In this document: piece after piece, positions 29,336-35,772 of the stretch
Position numbering within the stretch: position 1 is the stretch's first letter
Layout of the letters: every line of letters starts with the position of its first letter
NCBI GenBank assembly: GCA_964496415.1
Contig: CAZBZN010000005.1
Location: 1-35,772, forward strand
Reading direction: 5' to 3'
Length of the DNA stretch: 35,772 nt
Source of the DNA: Candidatus Micrarchaeota archaeon
GTDB taxonomy: Archaea; B1Sed10-29; JAJRYS01
Position numbers and translations under genes: made by a program
Notes under the pieces: generated by a model
Told to the model about the DNA's origin: nothing
What the model saw: the letters and a program-made list of their open reading frames with translations, nothing else
Database searches by the model: none

Positions 29336-29464
29336 ATCTTATTCCTTCCAAAAAGCAAACATATTCTACGCTTACCAACCCCAATCATCACCCATCAACA
29401 ATCGCCTCAGCTTATAATTATCATATGGCAATATAAAAGCCTTCTCACGTCAATAAACGAAAAA

Positions 29465-30565
29465 TCAGTATTCTCTGTTTACCATGTAATCTGCTATACC
29501 TACCAAGAAATCCTTAGAATCAGGGTCAAGGTCAGCTTTATCTAATGCTTTCTTTCCTTTCTCAACAAGTTCAAGGCATAATTGTTTAGAGTAATCAAGC
29601 GCACCTGTCTCTTTTATTATGTTCCTTACTTCTTCAAGCTGTTCAGGGGTTAAATTCCTGTTACCCAACGCGTTCTTTATCTTTTGCTTTTGTTCATCAT
29701 CTGCTCTTTCAAAAGCTTTAAGGATGAGCAGTGTTCTTTTCCCTTCTTTTAAATCTGAGTCAGCTGGTTTTCCAAGCTTTTTCTCATCTCCGAACATTCC
29801 AAGAATATCATCAAACACTTGAAAAGCTATTCCTACGTTTTCGCCATACTCTTCCATTACTTTTAACTGGTCTTCATTCCCACCGGCAAGAATTACACCT
29901 ATTTGAAGAGGGCCAGTGACAGTGTACAAACTTGTCTTAAACTTATGAACAGTCATCACATGCTTTTCAGTAACCTGCTCAACAGGCAGTTTTTCAATTA
30001 TTAAATCAAGAACTTGCCCATAACCAGTATACCTTGCAATAGTAGAATATCTTTTAATAGCTTTTACCTTTAAAGCAGGATCAAACCTTGCTGTTGCAAG
30101 CAGCTCATAACCTAAAGTAAAAACAATATCCCCTGCATTAACGGCTATTGAATTTCCAAAGTGCTCTGCTTCTTCCAATGAAGAATCAATCCTTTCCAAA
30201 TACCAATCACGGTAAATGCTGTGAACAGTCCTTCCACCTCTCCTGACCTCGTCTCTGTCCATTACATCATCATGTATTAGTAAAAATCCTTCCATTGTTT
30301 CAGCTGCTAAAGCAGCGTCATAAATCGCATCAAGGTCTTTTCCTCCAACAGCTTTATAACCCTCTACTACAAAAGCAGGTCTTATCCTTTTACCACCCCT
30401 AAGGTTATAGTCCTTTATTCTTTCTGCAAGCTCTTTGACATACTCTATTGTCTCTGAAGCGGTCACAGCATGCTGTACTTTCTCATTAAAGTACTTGCTA
30501 AGCCTTCTGTCAATTTCCTCTTTATGAGCTAACAATCTTTCAACAGCAGGATTCATAACACTCAC
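29465..30565 (-). CDS. idsA: Polyprenyl (geranylgeranyl) diphosphate synthase
   Basis: GGKRIRP, LIHDDVMD..RRG, GQ.LD, KT, FQVFDDILG. Confidence 0.92.
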   Translation of the reverse strand: MSVMNPAVERLLAHKEEIDRRLSKYFNEKVQHAVTASETIEYVKELAERIKDYNLRGGKRIRPAFVVEGYKAVGGKDLDAIYDAALAAETMEGFLLIHDDVMDRDEVRRGGRTVHSIYRDWYLERIDSSLEEAEHFGNSIAVNAGDIVFTLGYELLATARFDPALKVKAIKRYSTIARYTGYGQVLDLIIEKLPVEQVTEKHVMTVHKFKTSLYTVTGPLQIGVILAGGNEDQLKVMEEYGENVGIAFQVFDDILGMFGDEKKLGKPADSDLKEGKRTLLILKAFERADDEQKQKIKNALGNRNLTPEQLEEVRNIIKETGALDYSKQLCLELVEKGKKALDKADLDPDSKDFLVGIADYMVNREY

Positions 30566-30635
30566 TTCAATGTAAGAACACTTATCAAGGCACTAATATA
30601 AAAAGCTTACCACGACTAATGACGATATCAAAAAA

Positions 30636-32171
30636 TCACGACTGCAGCTTAAGCCTTCTTAACACGAATTCTTTGTCAAGAGAAGCGAGGAAAGGGCCAA
30701 GCCTTGGGCCACGGCTTTTGCCTAAGAAGAGCTGGTAAAACACCATGAAAGCAGTATTTAAAGGAATCTGCTTCTGTTTTGCAGTGTTGTAAACAAACTG
30801 CTGGATTTCATCTCCAGTAGCTCCTTTCTCAATGAAGTCAGCTGTTTCAAAAAGCAGTTCTTTGATTTCAGGGCCCCACTCACTTATCATTACGTCAGGA
30901 ATTTCTTCTTTCACAGTGAACTTGAACTGTTCAGGAGCGTACTTCTGAACCCAGTTCCAAGCAAGTTTTAACCTTAAGTCAGCATTCTCATAAGGGTGAT
31001 TTATCTTCTTAAGAATCTGCTTTGCTTTTTCAATATCACCTAATGCTATCTGAACCGCGTTCACGCACACTGAAAACTGCGGTAGTTCAACATAACCATG
31101 CTCACCTATTCTTGAAAAAAAGTACCTTCTCTTCTCGTTGTCATCAGCTTCAGCCTTGCCGTAGAACGCTTTCCTTGCCTCGTCAAAGTAGTTGTAAACA
31201 TTCAAAACGTCAGCGTCAAATCCTACTTCAAAAGCCCTGCTTATCTTCGTAGTATACAAGTATCTTACTACTTCTGGTTCGTATACTTCAAGCAAGTCGC
31301 TTATAGTGACAATGTTTCCTTTTGAAGAACTCATTTTCTCTTTCTGTCCTTTGAAGTAAACAAACTCGTACATTGGGCCTATTGGCGGCTCATGATTAAA
31401 CACTTCCTTACAGATTAACACTCCTGTATCCCATGATCCTCCTGAAGCCTTGTGGTCCTTGCCGCTGCTTTCAAAGTCAACGTCATAGAAAGCCCAACGC
31501 ATAGGCCAGTCAACTCTCCAAACAAGCTTCACTGCGCTAGGATTCTTTCTAAAATCAATGACGTTTTCATTACCGCACTCGCAAGAGTACTTTATTTCAT
31601 AACCTCCAAGATAAACAGCCTTGGTAGTGTCCTTCCCGCACTTCTCACAGTAAACCCTGACAGGAAGCCATCCTTCTTCTAAAGGCTCTGCCCTGAACCT
31701 GTCAAGGATGCTTTTGATTTTTCCAGTGTTCTCCAAGGCTTTTTTCACGTACTCAACAAAAGTTCCTTTGTTATATTCCTCTGAAGCAAAGAAGAAATCA
31801 ACTTCAACACCACATGCTTTCATTTCATTAACAACAGGCTCTTCAAAATGTTCAGCATAAGAAGAATGACATCCCCAAGGATCAGGAGTCTTGTTCACTG
31901 GCAGTCCAATGTACTGCTCCCATTCAGAAGAAACACCAGCAGGAACTTTCCTAAACCTGTCATAGTCATCCCAAAAATACTGGTACTTAGCTTTTACTCC
32001 TTTGTCAATTAATGCTTTGAAAACAAAATCCTGGGTTAGTATTTCGCGGAAGTTGCCAGCATGAACCACTCCTGAAGGAGTAATGCCACTCTCTACAACA
32101 TACTCTTCTTTCTCAGGCTTCCTCTTAACAATCTCATCAGCGTACTGGTCTGCCCAGTGTTTTGACTCCAT
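30636..32171 (-). CDS. lysS: Class I lysyl-tRNA synthetase
   Basis: SGITPSG.VHAGN, WRVDWPMRW, GKDH, KMSSSKG, GPRLG. Confidence 0.97.
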   Translation of the reverse strand: MESKHWADQYADEIVKRKPEKEEYVVESGITPSGVVHAGNFREILTQDFVFKALIDKGVKAKYQYFWDDYDRFRKVPAGVSSEWEQYIGLPVNKTPDPWGCHSSYAEHFEEPVVNEMKACGVEVDFFFASEEYNKGTFVEYVKKALENTGKIKSILDRFRAEPLEEGWLPVRVYCEKCGKDTTKAVYLGGYEIKYSCECGNENVIDFRKNPSAVKLVWRVDWPMRWAFYDVDFESSGKDHKASGGSWDTGVLICKEVFNHEPPIGPMYEFVYFKGQKEKMSSSKGNIVTISDLLEVYEPEVVRYLYTTKISRAFEVGFDADVLNVYNYFDEARKAFYGKAEADDNEKRRYFFSRIGEHGYVELPQFSVCVNAVQIALGDIEKAKQILKKINHPYENADLRLKLAWNWVQKYAPEQFKFTVKEEIPDVMISEWGPEIKELLFETADFIEKGATGDEIQQFVYNTAKQKQIPLNTAFMVFYQLFLGKSRGPRLGPFLASLDKEFVLRRLKLQS

Positions 32172-32193
32172 GCTTTCAATCTCCTTTCAAAAA

Positions 32194-32361
32194 CGGGCCC
32201 AGGGGGATTTTCTCCTGCAGGAGAAAAGCTCAGAGAGCTTAGCTCTCTGCAGATTTGAACCCCCGACACCCAGGTTAAGAGCCTGGTGCTCTAACCATTT
32301 CAGCTGCAAGAGCTGAAAGCTCAGGAGCGAAAAGCTCCTGCAGAGACTGAGCTATGGGCCC
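32194..32361 (-). tRNA. tRNA-Lys(CTT) with two introns: D-loop (32298-32344, 47 nt) and T-loop 59/60 (32208-32253, 46 nt)
   Basis: Spliced sequence GGGCCCATAGCTCAGTC^TGGTTAGAGCACCAGGCTCTTAACCTGGGTGTCGGGGGTTCAAA^TCCCCCTGGGCCCG folds as a complete cloverleaf. Confidence 0.92.
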
Positions 32362-32374
32362 GTGAACAGTTAAG

Positions 32375-33637
32375 TTATTTTTTTCCAATTACTTTTACTC
32401 CATTCATGTAAGGTATTAAAACTTCTGGAACTGTTATTGTTCCGTCCTCGTTCTGGTAGTTTTCAAGAATAGCAACTATAGCCCTGCTGGTTGCTAGTCC
32501 CGTAGCATTAAGCGTGTGAACGTATTCTTTTTCACCGCCACGTTTTCCGTATTTTATGTTAAGTCCTCTTGATTGGAAGTCAGTGCAGTTTGAAGTGCTT
32601 CCAACCTCAGCATATTTTCCTTGCCTTGGGAACCATGCTTCAATATCATACTGCCTGTAATTTTTTATTGACAAGTCCCCAGAGCATATCTCTACTGTCC
32701 TAAAAGGAATCCCTAACTTCTTATAAATTTCTTCAATGTTAGCATGCATTTCTTCAAAGTGTTTTTCAGAGTCCTCTGGCTTGCATATGATTATTTGTTC
32801 TACTTTGTTAAACTGATGCATTCTGAAAAGGCCTCTCGTGTCAACGCCATGAGCGCCGATTTCTTTCCTGAAAGCAGTACTAAGCCCAACCATTCTCACC
32901 GGCAGGTCTTCTTCTGGTATGACTTCATCAGCGTAAAGCGCTATCAGGGGATGCTCTGAAGTTGGTATAAGGTAAAGGTCTTCTTCCTCAATCTTATACA
33001 TTACTTTTTCAAAGTCATCCAAATCAATTATTCCTTCGTAAGCTTTTCTTCTAAGCATGTATGGTGGTAATACGAGCCTGTAGCCTTTGTTTATAAGAAA
33101 GTCTAACGCAAACCTCTGTAATGCAAGGTCAAGTAAAGCAAGCTCACTGAACAGGTAATTGAATCCTCTTCCAGCTACTTTTGCTGCTTTTTCAAAGTCC
33201 CCTAATCCAAGAGCTTCTATGAGCTCGCCGTGTGGTTTTAACTCAAAGCTTTTTTTAACTGGCTCGCCCCACCTTCTTATTTCAATGTTGTCTTTTTCAT
33301 CTTTTCCTTCAGGAACGTCTGGGTGAAGCATGTTCGGGCATTTCATCAAAAGTGAATTAACTTCTCTTTCCAAAGAGGCTGTTTCTTCTTCAAGGCGTTT
33401 TATTTCCTGCTTAAGCTGTTTCATTCTATTGATTTTATCCTCGTTCCTTTCATTTGCTAGTTCTTCACTTACCTTGTTTCTCTCATGTCTTAATTGCTGG
33501 AGTTCGTAAAGTTTTTTCCTCCATTCTTCATCTTTTTTTATTAACTCATCTAATGGGAAAGAAGAATGTCTTTTTTCCAGCATTTTTCTTACTTCTTCTG
33601 GATTCTCACGGATCAACTTTACATCAAACACTGCCAT
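32375..33637 (-). CDS. serS: Seryl-tRNA synthetase
   Basis: N-terminal coiled coil, YLIPTSEH, FRKEIG, RMHQFNKVEQ, HTLNAT; start moved to ATG 33637 because the track start is within tRNA-Asn. Confidence 0.97.
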   Translation of the reverse strand: MAVFDVKLIRENPEEVRKMLEKRHSSFPLDELIKKDEEWRKKLYELQQLRHERNKVSEELANERNEDKINRMKQLKQEIKRLEEETASLEREVNSLLMKCPNMLHPDVPEGKDEKDNIEIRRWGEPVKKSFELKPHGELIEALGLGDFEKAAKVAGRGFNYLFSELALLDLALQRFALDFLINKGYRLVLPPYMLRRKAYEGIIDLDDFEKVMYKIEEEDLYLIPTSEHPLIALYADEVIPEEDLPVRMVGLSTAFRKEIGAHGVDTRGLFRMHQFNKVEQIIICKPEDSEKHFEEMHANIEEIYKKLGIPFRTVEICSGDLSIKNYRQYDIEAWFPRQGKYAEVGSTSNCTDFQSRGLNIKYGKRGGEKEYVHTLNATGLATSRAIVAILENYQNEDGTITVPEVLIPYMNGVKVIGKK

Positions 33638-33667
33638 CACTTCACATAACTTAGCTGAACAATAAAG

Positions 33668-33741
33668 CGCCCCGGGCCGGATTTGAACCGGCGCTCTCAC
33701 GGTTAACAGCCGTGCGCTTTTCCGGACTAAGCTACCAGGGC
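33668..33741 (-). tRNA. tRNA-Asn(GTT), intronless
   Basis: GCCCTGG/CCGGGGC acceptor, CACGG-CT-GTT-AA-CCGTG, GCCGG-TTCAAAT-CCGGC. Confidence 0.95.
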
Positions 33742-33793
33742 AACTGCTTTTGGTTTTTTAACTAAGCATGATTTCAAACCAATAACTATTACA

Positions 33794-33920
33794 TACTGGA
33801 CTGAGCGTAAGCGAACGTCCTGTAAATGCCAGCTTTTTGAAGCTGCCGCAAGCAGCACGCGGTTTTAGGGGATTGAAGCGTCAGCGGAAATCCCCTGTCC
33901 GCCAGCCGTACGCGGCTGTA
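33794..33920. repeat. Five-hairpin GC-rich element at the 3' end of tRNA-Gly(GCC); 33866-33920 is homologous to 35492-35543
   Basis: Stems GGAC/GTCC, CAGCTT/AAGCTG, CCGC/GCGG, AGGGGATT/AATCCCCT, CAGCCG/CGGCTG. Confidence 0.75.
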
Positions 33921-34044
33921 TGCGCCCGCCGGGAGTTTCAAACCGCATGCTTATTATGAAAAAACTGTTTTTTAAGGCATGCAGTTAATCGAACCCGGGC
34001 CTCGGCCGTGGCAGGGCCGTGTCATACCACTAGACTACGGGCGC
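33921..34044 (-). tRNA. tRNA-Gly(GCC) with 53-nt intron in T-loop (59/60; 33935-33987)
   Basis: GCGCCCG/CGGGCGC acceptor, CGGCC-CT-GCC-AC-GGCCG; strict BHB CCGGG-TTCG-AT^T-AACTGCATGC...GCATGCGGTT-TGAA-AC^T-CCCGG. Confidence 0.94.
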
Positions 34045-34051
34045 ATAATGT

Positions 34052-35389
34052 TTAGTCTTCTTTTGATAAGGCTTGTAGGGATTTTTTAATTTTTCTTTCA
34101 GTCAAATGTTTTTCATAAGTGTTTTTAATCTTCTGGTTTTTATTCCTTGCTGCAAACAACAAGACTGCTATTATGAGAACCACTACAACGTATTTCATTA
34201 TTTCAGAGTAATTTATTCGGACTTTAGCCTCTGGGTGTTCATAATTTATTTCATTTACTTGCGTTACTTGAATTCCTTTAACTGAATAGTATGGGTAATC
34301 ATCACTTGCTTGAAGAGTTATTTTTTGCTGAGAGTCTATTGTAACAACCACTATCGGGAAGGAGTAAACGTACTCTGGTGAGAGAGCTGAAGATAAGTTA
34401 AAGTCAAAAGTGATCGTTCTTGAAGAATATGGTGGCACAACTAATGTCTTTATTTTTTCTTTAAGATTAATGTCTTCATCAGTGAATACTCTCACTAAAG
34501 AGGCTACTGTGAAAGGATTATCGTTTTTCACTGTCACCATCAACTGGTTGTATGAGCCTGGTGCTGTTTTTTCATGAGCAAGAAGTAGGTGTGTGTTGAA
34601 TAGCTTTGAAGATGACTCAGTTATTTTTGTAATGAATATTTTTCTTTCAAGAACTGGGTTTACTCCCACTATCTTATCGCTTCCTTTTGAAGGGTCTTCT
34701 GCTTCAACTAATTTTATCTTGTCTGCTTTTGTAAAAAACTCTCCGTTTGTTGGGTCTGCTGGAATCCACTTTCCATTAATGTATACTTCAATCCATGCAT
34801 GTGGGACGTAACTTTCATCTTCAACAAGAAAGCCTTCAACGTATTTGGTTGGGATTCCTATTGCTCTAAGTAACGCTGCTGAGAGGATAGAGTAATCGCC
34901 GCATACGCCGTTCATTTCTCTAAGGATCTCTGAAGCTTTTCTCCGAGTTCCTGTCTTTGAAATGTTATATTTCATGTTCTCAAAAACCCATTTTATTATC
35001 TCAGCTGTTTTTTCATAATCATCTTCTGCTGATGCTGTAATTTCTTCTGCTTTTTCAATAACTTCTGGTGTTACGTCAACATATTTCGTGCTTTCTAAAA
35101 ATTTTCCAATGTCACCAGAAGCTGTTGAAAACCTTAAGGGACTAGCATTCACTTCCACTATTGCTTTGTATTCAAATTCTCCGGATAGTTTTACATAGTC
35201 ACCGTATTCATCTGAAAAAACTTCGTGTGGAGTGATTTGAATTACTTTTTGGGAGGACGTGTTAAAAGGAACTCTTAAAATCAAATACCCATTAGTAACG
35301 TTGCCTGTTACTTTATACTCGTAAACAGCTGACTCTTCAAAACCATGTGCTGCAAAAAGAACAAGTAACAGAAAAAGAATCCTCTTCAT
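34052..35389 (-). CDS. Secreted/membrane-anchored transglutaminase-like protein
   Basis: Signal peptide, GVCGDYS..LLRAIGIP, HAWIEV..W...DPT triad, C-terminal TM helix. Confidence 0.9.
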   Translation of the reverse strand: MKRILFLLLVLFAAHGFEESAVYEYKVTGNVTNGYLILRVPFNTSSQKVIQITPHEVFSDEYGDYVKLSGEFEYKAIVEVNASPLRFSTASGDIGKFLESTKYVDVTPEVIEKAEEITASAEDDYEKTAEIIKWVFENMKYNISKTGTRRKASEILREMNGVCGDYSILSAALLRAIGIPTKYVEGFLVEDESYVPHAWIEVYINGKWIPADPTNGEFFTKADKIKLVEAEDPSKGSDKIVGVNPVLERKIFITKITESSSKLFNTHLLLAHEKTAPGSYNQLMVTVKNDNPFTVASLVRVFTDEDINLKEKIKTLVVPPYSSRTITFDFNLSSALSPEYVYSFPIVVVTIDSQQKITLQASDDYPYYSVKGIQVTQVNEINYEHPEAKVRINYSEIMKYVVVVLIIAVLLFAARNKNQKIKNTYEKHLTERKIKKSLQALSKED

Positions 35390-35426
35390 AAAAAACACTT
35401 AACCTTTGAGAATATAAAAACTAATT

Positions 35427-35543
35427 GGGTTGAAGGCTGCAGGCCTGAAGTCTTGTATCTGCGAGCCGCATGCGGCTCTTTGAAGTTTGTCTAGGGGATT
35501 GAGCAAAGCGAAATCCCCTGCCCGCAAGCCGCGCGCGGCTTAA
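35427..35543. repeat. Four-hairpin GC-rich element at the 3' end of tRNA-Gly(TCC); second copy of the module
   Basis: Stems AGGC/GCCT, GAGCCG/CGGCTC, AGGGGATT/AATCCCCT, AAGCCG/CGGCTT. Confidence 0.75.
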
Positions 35544-35650
35544 TGCGCCGGCCGGGATTTGAACCCGGGCCGTTGGCTTGGAAGGCCAAAGTCCTACCAT
35601 TCCAGGCATCCAGCCAGTGAGTGACTGGAAGCAGGCTAGACTACCGGCGC
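35544..35650 (-). tRNA. tRNA-Gly(TCC) with 34-nt D-loop intron (35600-35633)
   Basis: GCGCCGG/CCGGCGC acceptor, TTGGC-CT-TCC-AA-GCCAA; CTAG-CC^T-GC..TCCAGTCA/TGGCTGGA..GC-CTGG-AA^T. Confidence 0.92.
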
Positions 35651-35672
35651 AGTTAATTCTTGTTTTCCAGCA

Positions 35673-35772
35673 CGGGCCCGAGGGGATTTGAACCCCCGAC
35701 ACCCAGGTTAAAAGCCTGGTGCTCTGCCACTTCAGGAAACTTCCTTCTTAATTTTTAAAGAAAGGTTCTGAC
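35673..35772 (-). tRNA. tRNA-Lys(TTT), 5' end outside the window, with 40-nt D-loop intron (35730-35769)
   Basis: 3' exon TGGCAGAGCACCAGGCTTTTAACCTGGGTGTCGGGGGTTCAAATCCCCTCGGGCCCG; the intron ends CTGAAG and is preceded by GTC, as in tRNA-Lys(CTT). Confidence 0.85.

Noticed and set aside
32083-32316. 77-aa plus-strand ORF
   Set aside because: Antisense to lysS and tRNA-Lys(CTT).
32208-32344. Hammerhead ribozyme reading of the tRNA-Lys introns (CTGA...GAAA)
   Set aside because: The core needs CUGANGA; here it is CUGAGCU, and the three-way stem arrangement is absent.
33921-35650. Integrated element between the two tRNA-Gly genes
   Set aside because: Both tRNAs are complete with different anticodons, there is no integrase, and no partial att duplication was seen.
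35421-35702. 93-aa minus-strand ORF
   Set aside because: Runs through tRNA-Lys(TTT), tRNA-Gly(TCC) and the hairpin element; a GC-rich RNA shadow with no protein motif.

Overview
AT-rich, gene-dense archaeal chromosome segment. The compact layout and divergent proteins suggest a DPANN-like lineage, but taxonomy cannot be fixed from this window. Most of it is housekeeping: rad50 3' end, rps17e, rpoK, pth2, dnaG, the rnp4-yhbY-rps19e-pdcd5-rpl39e-rpl31e-eif6-pfdA-ftsY-srp54-trmY-pus10 run, rtcA, an ether-lipid cluster (egsA, DGGGP synthase, GGGP synthase, plus idsA), rpa-radA, two KaiC-like ATPases, class I lysS and serS. The unusual content is non-coding. Six of the seven tRNA genes carry a total of seven bulge-helix-bulge (BHB)-type introns, all in the D-loop (after position 17) or T-loop (59/60) and none at the canonical 37/38 site. 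The two introns of tRNA-Lys(CTT) are homologous and conserve an alternative two-hairpin fold by covariation. Both tRNA-Gly genes carry a shared structured module of about 55 nt exactly at their 3' ends. There is also a probable H/ACA guide sRNA, an unexplained inverted-repeat element, and a domain-permuted PEP-utilizer gene pair joined at a CTT-TGA-C motif. No CRISPR array, transposase or integrase was seen. All calls come from manual motif recognition and hand folding, with no database search.
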